DNA from: Gammaproteobacteria bacterium
Lineage (GTDB): Bacteria > Pseudomonadota > Gammaproteobacteria > JABABF01
Reading direction: 5' to 3'
Assembly: GCA_965237805.1 (NCBI GenBank)
Contig: OZ250153.1
Span: forward strand, 1,184,001-1,248,000
Length of the DNA: 64,000 nt
Shown: in pieces, positions 18,682 through 28,069 of the stretch
Position numbering within the stretch: position 1 is the stretch's first letter
Layout of the letters: each line of letters opens with the position of its first letter
Program-made: the position numbers and the translations under genes
The notes under the pieces: model-generated
Seen by the model: only the letters and a program-made list of their open reading frames with translations
What the model was told of the DNA's origin: nothing
The model's database searches: none

Positions 18682-19470
18682 GTGACACCACAGCCCCCCA
18701 AACCGGCGGCGCGCCTCGAGAGGCGCCGTGCGCTGGTTACCGGCGGTGGCCAGGGCGTGGGGCGGGGCATCGCGCTGGCGTTGGCGGCGGCTGGGGCGCA
18801 CTTGGTGGTTGCCGGGCGCACCGAGAGCAAGCTGGTCAATTGCTGTGAGGAGATCGCCGAGCGCGGCTATCACCAAGCCATCCCGCTAGTCTGCGATGTC
18901 GGCGACGGCGAGCAGGTGCAGGCCTGCGTGGCCAACACGCTGGCGGCGTTGGGCGGTTTGGACATCTTGGTCAACAACGCCCACAGCGTGCCGCTGGGGC
19001 GTCTGTTGGAGGTGGATGACAAGCTGTGGGACATCGGCATGGGCACAGGCCCGCTGGCGACTTTCCGTTTCATGAAAGCGGCCTATCCGGCACTGTGCGA
19101 GAGCGAGCACGCCGCCATTATCAATCTCGGCTCCTCCTCGGCGCTGCGTTGGGACACCGCCACCTACGGTGTCTACGCCGCCACCAAGGAGGCCGTGCGC
19201 GCGCTGACCCGCGCCGCCGCCAACGAGTGGGGATCAGATGGCATCCGCGCCAATTGTGTGTTGCCGATTGCGATGTCGCCGGGCATGGAGTGGTGGTGCG
19301 CGAACAATCCCGAGGAATCCAAGGCTTTCCTTGCCACAGTGCCGCTGGGCCGCGTCGGCGACTGTGAGACCGATATCGGCCACGCGGTGGCTTTTTTGTG
19401 TAGCGACGACGCCCGCTACATCACCGGCCAATCGCTGCTGCTGGACGGCGGACAGGCGAGGTTGGGGTGA
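18682..19470 (+). CDS. Short-chain dehydrogenase/reductase
   Basis: TGGGQGVG, LVNNA, YAATK and YITGQ motifs. Confidence 0.9.
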   Translation: MTPQPPKPAARLERRRALVTGGGQGVGRGIALALAAAGAHLVVAGRTESKLVNCCEEIAERGYHQAIPLVCDVGDGEQVQACVANTLAALGGLDILVNNAHSVPLGRLLEVDDKLWDIGMGTGPLATFRFMKAAYPALCESEHAAIINLGSSSALRWDTATYGVYAATKEAVRALTRAAANEWGSDGIRANCVLPIAMSPGMEWWCANNPEESKAFLATVPLGRVGDCETDIGHAVAFLCSDDARYITGQSLLLDGGQARLG

Positions 19471-19513
19471 GGGTTGGGGCAATATGCGCCAGCGGCAACA
19501 ACGCGTCGCCTCC

Positions 19514-20569
19514 TTAGGCTGATCCGTAGCGCTTCCTCCAATAGCGCATCAAGCGGTTTAGTAGCCGAATTGGTAGTGTTTTAATTGGTACTATTCCAAG
19601 ATGTACCCACCACCACTTCAGTATCATCATGCGTCCCGCCCATGTTTGGGTGATCGGTGGGGGGGTGCCCCGGTCTATGCGCTCCACGATTTGATCTATG
19701 CGCTCTAATATCGCTTCAGGAGAATGCTCATAAGAAAACAATTTGGAGTCTGGCAATACGGCTGGCTGTTCAGTGTATTGGCGGTAGAGTTCAGGGTTGC
19801 CCTCCACCTCCATGACATGGTCAATCACGGCATCCAGATCGTCGTAGTCATGGCAGTTGATAAAGCGTGCCGGGTTGAAATACTCGCTGATTCGCGTGCT
19901 GCCGTAGTAAATTGGGATACTGCCGGCCATCAATGCTTGCGGCAATTTTTCCGCCATGAAAAAAGGAGCACTTATGGTTTCAAAACATATGCTGAATCGG
20001 TAGTGTTTTAAAAATTCCATTTTGTTATTAAAATCAGGACAATTGGGATCATCTGGTGATGGCATATTGTTCAGTACTTGGCCGGGAGAATCGACATGTT
20101 TTCGCGCCGTCAGCGCACGGAAAAAATTGGCGCGCAATTCGGCTGTGCTAACCCCCTGATTTCTATGAAAGAAATTGCAGAAGCGGTCTTTGGGATGAGC
20201 AGTCAATTCATCGCAATAACTAGACTCTCCGCGCAACCATGCCGGAAAAGGCTCGTCCCACACATATTTCCAGTAGTGGAGGTGTGTAGCATCCGTAGGC
20301 TCGGGGCTAACAGCATAGTCACATAAAAACCCGCGGTTGCGATACCACAGCGGATGTTCAACTCCTAACCAACACTTGATGCAATCGTAGCGCGAATGCT
20401 TCCGTCCCCAGCTATCTGAACAAAACAGCAGTTCAGGTTCTTGGCTATGCTCCAAGTCGTATTTCGTGCTGAGGACATCAAAAAATCCCTTATGTAATAC
20501 CGCTGGCGCATCTTTGGCTTCGTGAGGCCAGAAGTCTGTCAAGGCAATTTTCAGTTTTCGTTTCGTCAT
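19514..20569 (-). CDS. Glycosyltransferase family 10 (alpha-1,3/4-fucosyltransferase-like), copy E
   Basis: K.RFCNF, R..FF, VDSPG..LNN, K.EF.K.YRFSICFE.....EK, AGSIPIYYG and FNP.RFIN.HD match H. pylori FutA-type GT10 motifs. Confidence 0.88.
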   Translation of the reverse strand: MTKRKLKIALTDFWPHEAKDAPAVLHKGFFDVLSTKYDLEHSQEPELLFCSDSWGRKHSRYDCIKCWLGVEHPLWYRNRGFLCDYAVSPEPTDATHLHYWKYVWDEPFPAWLRGESSYCDELTAHPKDRFCNFFHRNQGVSTAELRANFFRALTARKHVDSPGQVLNNMPSPDDPNCPDFNNKMEFLKHYRFSICFETISAPFFMAEKLPQALMAGSIPIYYGSTRISEYFNPARFINCHDYDDLDAVIDHVMEVEGNPELYRQYTEQPAVLPDSKLFSYEHSPEAILERIDQIVERIDRGTPPPITQTWAGRMMILKWWWVHLGIVPIKTLPIRLLNRLMRYWRKRYGSA

Positions 20570-20756
20570 GATATTAGCGATCTTTTTGCCACAGCATTGG
20601 ATGGTTTTGGCAATGATCAGATCTGAGGGGGTTCAATCTCCTGATCCACCCCCACTGGATTTGCACTCTTTGCACTCGTGGCTGAGTACTTGCCAGTATA
20701 CTCAATTAGTGTGATGTTGACAGCAGGATGATTGCTGCTCGCAACGCGTCGCCTCC

Positions 20757-21818
20757 TTAGGCTGATCCGTAGCGCTTCCTCCAATAGCGCATAAAGCGGT
20801 TTAGTAGCCGCATTGGTAGTGTTCTAATTGGTTTTCTTCTAAGATATCCCCACCACCACCTCAGTATCATCATGCGTCCCGCCCATGTTTGGGTGATCGG
20901 TGGGGGGGTACCCCGGTCTATGCGCTCTACGATTTGATCTATGCGCTCTAATATCGCTTCAGGAGAATGCTCATAAGAAAACAATTTGGAATCTGGCAAT
21001 ACGGCTGGCTGTTCAGTGTATTGGCGGTAGAGTTCAGGGTTATCCTCCACCTCCATGACATGGTCAATCACGGCATCTAGATCGTCGTAGTCATGGCAGT
21101 TGATAAAGCGTGCCGGGTTGAAATATTCACTGATTCTCGTACTGCCGTAGTAAATTGGGATACTGCCGACCATCAATGCTTGCGGCAATTTTTCTCCCGT
21201 GTAAAAAGGAGCGCTTATGGTATCAAAACATATGCTGAATCGGTAGTGCTTTATAAATTCCATTTTGTTCTTCCAATGGAAACAATTATGATAATCTAGT
21301 GGTGGCATATTGTTTAGTAATCTGCCGGGAGAATCGACATGTTTTCGCGCCGTCAGCGCACGGAAAAAATTGGCGCGTAATTTGGCTGTGGTAACCCCCG
21401 GCATTTTCTGACAGAAATTGCAGAAGCGGTCTTTGGGATGAGCAGTCAATTCATCGCAATAACTAGACTCCCCGCGCAACCATGCCGGGAAAGGCTCGTC
21501 CCACACATGTTTCCAGTAGTGGAGGTGTGTAGCATCCGTAGGCTCGGGGCTAAAAGCATAGTCACATAAAAAGCCGTGATTTCGGTAAACACCCGGGGAT
21601 TCCCATCCCAACCAACACTTGATGCAATTGTAGTGCTGGTGTTCCATGAGGTATACGGAGTGATCTGAACAAAACAGCAGTTCAGGTTCTTGGCTGCGCT
21701 CCAAGTCGTATTTCGTGCTGAGGACATCAAAAAATCCCTTATGTAATACCGCTGGCGCATCTTGGGCTTCGTGAGGCCAGAAGTCTGTCAAGGCAATTTT
21801 GAGTTTTCTTTTGGCCAT
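20757..21818 (-). CDS. Glycosyltransferase family 10, copy D
   Basis: Paralog with the same GT10 motifs. Confidence 0.88.
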   Translation of the reverse strand: MAKRKLKIALTDFWPHEAQDAPAVLHKGFFDVLSTKYDLERSQEPELLFCSDHSVYLMEHQHYNCIKCWLGWESPGVYRNHGFLCDYAFSPEPTDATHLHYWKHVWDEPFPAWLRGESSYCDELTAHPKDRFCNFCQKMPGVTTAKLRANFFRALTARKHVDSPGRLLNNMPPLDYHNCFHWKNKMEFIKHYRFSICFDTISAPFYTGEKLPQALMVGSIPIYYGSTRISEYFNPARFINCHDYDDLDAVIDHVMEVEDNPELYRQYTEQPAVLPDSKLFSYEHSPEAILERIDQIVERIDRGTPPPITQTWAGRMMILRWWWGYLRRKPIRTLPMRLLNRFMRYWRKRYGSA

Positions 21819-22012
21819 GATATTGGGGATCTTTTCGCCACAGCATTGGGCGGTTTTGGCAATGATCAGATCTGAGGGGGTTCAATCTCCTGATCTACTC
21901 CCACTGGATTTGCACTCTTTGCACTCGTGGCTGAACGCCTGCCAGTGTACTACAATTAGAGTGACGTTGATCAGCAGGATGATCGCTGCCCGCAATGTGT
22001 CACCCCTTAGGC

Positions 22013-23056
22013 TTAGCAGTAGTGCTTCCTCCAATAGCGCATACAGCGGCTTGGTAGTGTTCTAATTGGTTCTCTTCTAAGATATCCCCACCACCACTTC
22101 AGTATCATCATGCGTCCCGCCCATGTTTGGGTGATCGGTGGGGGGGTGCCCCGGTCTATGCGCTCTACGATTTGATCTATGCGATCTAATATCGCTTCAG
22201 GAGAATGCTCATAAGAAAACAATTTGGAATCTGGCAATACGGCTGGCTGTTCAGTGTATTGGCGGTAGAGTTCAGGGTTATCCTCCACCTCCATGACATG
22301 GTCAATCACGGCATCTAGATCGTCGTAGTCATGGCAGTTGATAAAGCGTGCCGGGTTGAAATACTCGCTGATTCGCGTACTGCCGTAGTAAATTGGGATA
22401 CTGCCGACCATCAATGCTTGCGGCAATTTTTCTCCCGTGTAAAAAGGAGCGCTTATGGTATCAAAACATATGCTGAATCGGTAGTGCTTTATAAATTCCA
22501 TTTTGTTCTTCCAATTGACAGAATTATAATTATCTAGTGGTGGCATATTGTTTAGTAATCTGCCGGGAGAATCGACATGTTTTCGCGCCGTCAGCGCACG
22601 GAAAAAATTGGCGCGTAATTTGGCTGTGCTAACCCCCGGCATTTTCTGACAGAAATTGCAGAAGCGGTCTTTGGGATGAGCAGTCAATTCATCGCAATAA
22701 CTAGACTCCCCGCGCAACCATGCCGGGAAAGGCTCGTCCCACACAAATTTCCAGTAGTGGAGGTGTGTAGCATCAGTAGGCTCGGGGCTAACAGCATAGT
22801 CACATAAATATCCGTGATTTCGGTAAACACCCGGAGATTCACAGCCCAACCAACACTTAATGCAATTGTATCTCTTGTGATCCATTTGGTACACGGAGCT
22901 ATCTGAACAAAACAGTAGTTCTGGTTCTTGGCTATGCTCCAAGTCGTATTTCGTGCTGAGGACATCAAAAAATCCCTTGTGGAATACCGCCGGCGCATCT
23001 TGGGCTTCGTGATGCCAGAAGTCTGTCAAGGCAATTTTCAGTTTTCGTTTCGTCAT
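22013..23056 (-). CDS. Glycosyltransferase family 10, copy C
   Basis: Paralog with the same GT10 motifs. Confidence 0.88.
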   Translation of the reverse strand: MTKRKLKIALTDFWHHEAQDAPAVFHKGFFDVLSTKYDLEHSQEPELLFCSDSSVYQMDHKRYNCIKCWLGCESPGVYRNHGYLCDYAVSPEPTDATHLHYWKFVWDEPFPAWLRGESSYCDELTAHPKDRFCNFCQKMPGVSTAKLRANFFRALTARKHVDSPGRLLNNMPPLDNYNSVNWKNKMEFIKHYRFSICFDTISAPFYTGEKLPQALMVGSIPIYYGSTRISEYFNPARFINCHDYDDLDAVIDHVMEVEDNPELYRQYTEQPAVLPDSKLFSYEHSPEAILDRIDQIVERIDRGTPPPITQTWAGRMMILKWWWGYLRREPIRTLPSRCMRYWRKHYC

Positions 23057-23249
23057 GATATTAGCGATCTTTTCGACACAGCATTGGGCGGTTTTGGCAA
23101 TGATCTAATCTGAGGGAGCTCAGTCCCCCGACCCGCCCTCACTGGATTTTCACTTTTTGCATTCGTGGCTGAGTCCTTGCCAGTATACCCAATGAGTGTG
23201 ATGTTGACCAGCAGGATGATTGCTGCTCGCAACGTGTCACCCCTTAGGC

Positions 23250-24284
23250 TTAGCAGTAGCGATTTCTCCAATAGTGTATACAGCGCTTTAGTAGCCGAAT
23301 TGGTAGTGTTTTAAAATATCCCCACCACCACTTCAGTATCATCATGCGTCCCGCCCATGTTTGGGTGATCGGTGGGGGGATGCCCCGGTCTATGCGCTCT
23401 ACGATTTGATCTATGCGCTCTAATATCGCTTCAGGAGAATGCTCATAAGAAAACAATTTAGAGTCTGGCAATACGGCTGGCTGTTCAGTGTATTGGCGGT
23501 AGAGTTCAGGGTTGCCCTCCACCTCCATGACATGGTCAATCACGGCATCTAGATCGTCGTAGTCATGGCAGTTGATAATGCGTGCCGGGTTGAAATATTC
23601 ACTGATTTGCGTACAGCCGTAGTAAATTGGGATACTGCCGGCCATCAATGCTTGCGGCAATTTTTCTGCTATGAAAAAAGGAGCGCTTATGGTTTCAAAA
23701 CATATGCTGAATCGGTAGTGCTTTAAAAATTCCATTTTGTTATTCAAATCGGGACAATTGGGATCATCTGGTGATGGCATATTGTTTAGTATTTTGCCGG
23801 GAGAATCGACATGTTTTCGCGCCGTCAGCGTGCGGAAAAAATTAGCGCGCAGTTTGGGTGTGTAATATCCCACGCTGGACTGAAAGAAATTGCAGAAGCG
23901 GTCTTTGGGATGAGCAGTCAATTCATCGCAATAACTAGACTCTCCGCGCAACCATGCCGGGAAAGGCTCGTCCCACACATATCTCCAGTAGTGGAGGTGT
24001 GTAGCATCAGTAGGCTCGGGGCTAAAAGCATAGTCACATAAAAATCCGTAGTTGCGATACGACAGCGGGGGTTCAGCTCCCAACCAACACTTGATGCAAT
24101 CGTAGCGCCAATGCTTCCGGCGAATGGCATCTGAACAAAATAGCAGTTCAGGTTCTTGGCTATGCTCCAAGTCATATTTCGTGCTGAGGACATCAAAAAA
24201 TCCCTTGTGTAATACCACTGGCGCATCTTTGGCTTCGTGAGGCCAGAAGTCTGTCAAGGCAATTTTGAGTTTTCTTTTAGCCAT
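23250..24284 (-). CDS. Glycosyltransferase family 10, copy B
   Basis: Paralog with the same GT10 motifs. Confidence 0.88.
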   Translation of the reverse strand: MAKRKLKIALTDFWPHEAKDAPVVLHKGFFDVLSTKYDLEHSQEPELLFCSDAIRRKHWRYDCIKCWLGAEPPLSYRNYGFLCDYAFSPEPTDATHLHYWRYVWDEPFPAWLRGESSYCDELTAHPKDRFCNFFQSSVGYYTPKLRANFFRTLTARKHVDSPGKILNNMPSPDDPNCPDLNNKMEFLKHYRFSICFETISAPFFIAEKLPQALMAGSIPIYYGCTQISEYFNPARIINCHDYDDLDAVIDHVMEVEGNPELYRQYTEQPAVLPDSKLFSYEHSPEAILERIDQIVERIDRGIPPPITQTWAGRMMILKWWWGYFKTLPIRLLKRCIHYWRNRYC

Positions 24285-24472
24285 GATATTGGTGATCTTT
24301 TCGCCACAGCATTGGGCGGTTTTGGCAATGATCAGATCTGAGGGGGTTCAATCTCCAGATCTGTCCCCACTGGATTTGCACTCTTTGCACTCGTGGCGAG
24401 TACTTGCCAGTGTACTGCTATTGGTGTGATGTTGACCAGTAGGATGATTGCTGCTCGCAACGTGTCGCCTCC

Positions 24473-25534
24473 TTAGGCTGATCCGTAGCGCTTCCTCCAA
24501 TAGCGCATACAGCGGTTTAGTAGCCGAATTGGTAGTTTTCTAATTGGTTTAAAATATCCCCACCACCACTTCAGTATCATCATGCGTCCCGCCCATGTTT
24601 GGGTGATCGGTGGGGGGGTGCCCCGGTCTATGCGCTCTACGATTTGGTCTATGCGCTCTAATATCGCTTCAGGAGAATGCTCATAAGAAAACAATTTAGA
24701 GTCTGGCAATACGGCTGGCTGTTCAGTGTATTGGCGGTAGAGTTCAGGGTTATCCTCCACCTCCATGACATGGTCAATCACGGCATCTAGATCGTCGTAG
24801 TCATGGCAGTTGATAATGCGTGCCGGGTTGAAATATTGACTGATTTGCGTACAGCCGTAGTAAATTGGGATACTGCCGACCATCAATGCTTGCGGCAATT
24901 TTTCTGCCATGAAAAAAGGAGCGCTTATGGTTTCAAAACATATGCTGAATCGGTAGTGCTTTATAAATTCCATTTTGTTCTTCCAATCAGGACAATTGGG
25001 GTCATCTGGTGATGGCATATTGTTCAGTATTCTGCCGGGCGAATCGACATGTTTTCGCGCTGTCAGCGCACGGAAAAAATTGGCGCGCAATTTGGCTGTG
25101 GTAGACCCCGGATGTCCCTGAAAGAAATTGCAGAAACGGTCTTTGGGATGAGCAGTCAATTCATCGCAATAACTAGACTCCCCGCGCAACCATGCCGGGA
25201 AAGGCTCGTCCCATACATATTTCCAGTAGTGGTAGTGGAGGTGTGTGGCATCCGTAGGCTCGGGGCTAAAAGCATAGTCACATAAAAATCCGTAGTTGAG
25301 ATACGACAGCGGGGGTTCAACTCCCAACCAACACTTGATGCAATTGTAGCTCTGGTGTTCCATGAGTATTACGGAGTGATCTGAACAAAACAGCAGTTCA
25401 GGTTCTTGGCTATGTTCCAAGTCGTATTTTGTGCTAAGGACATCAAAAAATCCCTTATGTAATGCTATCGGCGCATCTTTGGCTTTGTGAGGCCAGAAGT
25501 CTGTCAAGGCAATTTTGAGTTTTCGTTTCGTCAT
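24473..25534 (-). CDS. Glycosyltransferase family 10, copy A
   Basis: Paralog with the same GT10 motifs. Confidence 0.88.
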   Translation of the reverse strand: MTKRKLKIALTDFWPHKAKDAPIALHKGFFDVLSTKYDLEHSQEPELLFCSDHSVILMEHQSYNCIKCWLGVEPPLSYLNYGFLCDYAFSPEPTDATHLHYHYWKYVWDEPFPAWLRGESSYCDELTAHPKDRFCNFFQGHPGSTTAKLRANFFRALTARKHVDSPGRILNNMPSPDDPNCPDWKNKMEFIKHYRFSICFETISAPFFMAEKLPQALMVGSIPIYYGCTQISQYFNPARIINCHDYDDLDAVIDHVMEVEDNPELYRQYTEQPAVLPDSKLFSYEHSPEAILERIDQIVERIDRGTPPPITQTWAGRMMILKWWWGYFKPIRKLPIRLLNRCMRYWRKRYGSA

Positions 25535-25581
25535 GATATTGGTGATCTTTTCGCCACAGCATTGGGCGGTTTTGGCAACGA

Positions 25582-26017
25582 TCAGATCTGAGGGGGTTCA
25601 ATCTCCTGATCTACCCCCACTGGATTTGCACTCTTTGCACTCTTTGCACTCGTGGCGAGTACTTGCCAGTGTACTGCTATTGGTGTGATGTTGCTCAGCA
25701 GGATGATCGCTGCCCGCCACAGGCTCTGCATCGCGTTGCGGCTTTCCAGCTCCAGCGCGACGCGGTAGCTTTGCTCGCGTACGGCGGTAACTTCTTCTTC
25801 AGACATGGCGGCCAGTGCTGCATTGGATTGCTCACCGTAAACTGCTCTGCAGGCGGTGTTGCTCTGATGGCGCTCGTATTGGTAGTCTGGCAAAGAGTCT
25901 ATTCCGGCACGCTCAGCTGGACAAAGTCGTACAGCACAACGCCCAGCGTGATTGACAGGGCGATGACGGCCACAAAACATACTGCTAGTGCATCAATGCC
26001 TACGGGGAGCGTTCCAT
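25582..26017 (-). pseudogene. Disrupted two-TM membrane protein gene
   Basis: ATG 26017 gives MERSP-stop. Another frame reads VGIDALAVCFVAVIALSITLGVVLYDFVQLSVPE then TAG (25899-25901). A third segment reads LPDYQYERHQSN...AAIILL...VHW. Confidence 0.7.
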
Positions 26018-26189
26018 GGCGATGCCTCTATATGGCCTGACGATAGACTTTAGTACGATCTTTTCTGCTGCAGCTGTCATCTGGTTGACCAAGAGCTGGT
26101 GGTGACCATGCGGCGTACTATATGCGGGTGATGTGGGGGCAAGTTGGTCATCTTGAGATGCGGTGCTGCGTTGGTGTCGGAAGCTGCGC

Positions 26190-26828
26190 ATGAGTGGTGT
26201 GCGAGAGCTCGTATTGGCCAGCGGCAACGCTGGCAAGCTGCGTGAGCTGGGTGCTCTGCTCGAACCGTTGGGTTGGCAGCTGGTGCCCCAAGCGGAGCTC
26301 GGGGTGGCACTTGTCGAGGAGACGGGCGTTGATTTCGAAGCCAATGCGCTCATCAAGGCGCGTCACGCGGCGTGTGTCACCGGCCTGCCTGCGCTGGCCG
26401 ACGATTCTGGTCTGGAGGTGGCGGCATTGGATGGTGCGCCGGGGGTGCGTTCGGCGCGCTATGCTGGTGGGTGCGCAGATGCTGCGGCCAATAACCGCAA
26501 ATTGTTGGCTGCGCTAGATGGCCTGCCACCAGCGCGGCGCGGGGCCTGTTTCCGCTGTGCCATCGCCTTGGTGCGCAGCGCCGACGATGCCCAGCCCCTG
26601 CTCGCCCAAGGGCGCTGGGACGGTCGCATCCTAGAGCGGCCACAGGGTGGGGGTGGCTTTGGCTATGATCCGCTGTTCGCGCCCGTCGGTGAGCTGTGCA
26701 GTGCCGCCGAGCTACCCTTTGAGCAAAAACAGCGGCGCAGCCATCGCGGCCAAGCACTGCGTGCGCTGTTGGCGCAGCTCCGCGCCGAGTACGGTGGGCG
26801 CGCCGAGGTGGCGGGTCTCGACACATGA
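26190..26828 (+). CDS. rdgB: dITP/XTP pyrophosphatase
   Basis: LASGNAGK, ADDSGL, GAPGVRSARY, GFGYDPLF and SHRG motifs. Confidence 0.96.
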   Translation: MSGVRELVLASGNAGKLRELGALLEPLGWQLVPQAELGVALVEETGVDFEANALIKARHAACVTGLPALADDSGLEVAALDGAPGVRSARYAGGCADAAANNRKLLAALDGLPPARRGACFRCAIALVRSADDAQPLLAQGRWDGRILERPQGGGGFGYDPLFAPVGELCSAAELPFEQKQRRSHRGQALRALLAQLRAEYGGRAEVAGLDT

Positions 26829-27988
26829 GCGCCACGCTGTTTCCGGCACCACAGCCCATAGCGCCGCCGCCGCTGTCCTTGTATGTCCATATTCCTTGGT
26901 GTGAATCCAAATGTCCGTACTGTGATTTCAACTCCCACACCATGGGCGGTGCGCTACCGGAGGACGACTATGTGGCGGCACTGCTCGCCGACCTAGAGGA
27001 GCAATTGCCCCGTGTGGCCGGGCGTTCACTGTGCTCGGTATTCATCGGTGGCGGTACGCCGAGTCTTTTCTCCGCCCACGCCATTGGTGCCCTGCTTGAG
27101 GGCATTGCACGGTGCCTGCCTTTCGCGCCGGAGTTGGAAATTACGCTGGAGGCCAATCCGGCCAGTGCCGAACAGCGGCGCTTCGCCGACTTCCGCGCAG
27201 CTGGTGTCAACCGCTTGTCCTTAGGTATTCAGAGCTTGGACGATACCGCGCTGGCGGCGTTGGGACGACGCCACGATGCCGCGCAGGCACGTGCGGCGGT
27301 GGCTGCCGCCAGTGCGGCCGGTTTCCAGCGGCTGAACTTGGATCTGATGCACGGCCTGCCGGGCCAGTCAGCCAGCGCTGCCCTCGATTCGCTACGCGAG
27401 GCGTTGGCGATGGCGACCGAGCACCTCTCTTGGTACCAGTTGACGCTGGAGCCCGGCACACCATTCCATCGCCGCCCGCCACCGCTACCCGGTGACGATG
27501 AGATCGCCGCTGTGCAAGAGCGGGGGGAGGCGCTGTTGGTTGCTGCCGGTTTGCTGCGCTACGAGATATCCGCTTTTGCCAGACCCGGTGGCGAAGCGCG
27601 CCATAATCTCAATTATTGGCACTTCGGTGACTACCTCGGTATCGGTGCTGGCGCACACGGCAAGCATTCTGACAGCGGCTTTGTGCGCCGTAGCGAAAGG
27701 CCGCCCCGCCCCGCCGATTATCTGCGCCGCCAAGCGGGTCGCGAGTGGGTGCCGCCCGCCGCCGAGTTGCCGCTGGAATACCTGATGAATGCACTGCGTC
27801 TGAGCGGCGGTGTACCCGCCGCTCAGTTCGCCGAGCGCACTGGCCTGCCCGTGGCCTGCATCGCCTCGTCGCTAGCTCAAGCGCGCGACGATGGCCTACT
27901 CGACCCAGACCCACAGCGCTTGGCTCCCACCGCCTTCGGCCAGAGCCATCTCAACGAGCTGTTGAGTCGCTTCCTACCGCTAGAATAG
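26825..27988 (+). CDS. hemW: Radical SAM heme chaperone HemW
   Basis: [33 protein letters not shown] and [20 protein letters not shown] motifs. Confidence 0.94.
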   Translation: MSATLFPAPQPIAPPPLSLYVHIPWCESKCPYCDFNSHTMGGALPEDDYVAALLADLEEQLPRVAGRSLCSVFIGGGTPSLFSAHAIGALLEGIARCLPFAPELEITLEANPASAEQRRFADFRAAGVNRLSLGIQSLDDTALAALGRRHDAAQARAAVAAASAAGFQRLNLDLMHGLPGQSASAALDSLREALAMATEHLSWYQLTLEPGTPFHRRPPPLPGDDEIAAVQERGEALLVAAGLLRYEISAFARPGGEARHNLNYWHFGDYLGIGAGAHGKHSDSGFVRRSERPPRPADYLRRQAGREWVPPAAELPLEYLMNALRLSGGVPAAQFAERTGLPVACIASSLAQARDDGLLDPDPQRLAPTAFGQSHLNELLSRFLPLE

Positions 27989-27995
27989 ACAAATT

Positions 27996-28069
27996 GCGCC
28001 CGTAGCTCAGTTGGATAGAGTGTCGGCCTCCGAAGCCGAAGGTCACAGGTTCGAATCCTGTCGGGCGCG
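27996..28069 (+). tRNA. tRNA-Arg(CCG)
   Basis: Cloverleaf: acceptor GCGCCCG/CGGGCGC, D arm GCTC/GAGT, anticodon arm TCGGC-CTCCGAA-GCCGA, T arm ACAGG-TTCGAAT-CCTGT. CCA is not encoded. Confidence 0.96.

Larger units (their letters stand above)
19500..25717. repeat. Five tandem ~1.23-1.26 kb duplication units (GT10 gene plus 3' end of the upstream gene)
   Basis: The same junction (GCTGCYCGC|AAYGYGTC) occurs at 20742/3, 21993/4, 23230/1 and 24458/9. Outer ends lie at about 19500 and 25717. Confidence 0.93.

Noticed and set aside
19659-19665. Phase-variable poly-C tract in the GT10 genes (C7-C8 at the TPPP/IPPP codons)
   Set aside because: The tract is short and in frame in all five copies, so there is no evidence of slippage.
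23053-23271. 72-aa ORF between GT10 copies B and C
   Set aside because: It is a degraded duplicate of the upstream pseudogene's 3' end and is not open in the same way in the other spacers.
19500-25717. Diversity-generating retroelement or integron cassette array behind the GT10 variation
   Set aside because: No reverse transcriptase or integrase in the window. Changes are not adenine-restricted and include indels. Spacers derive from the upstream gene and are not attC-like.
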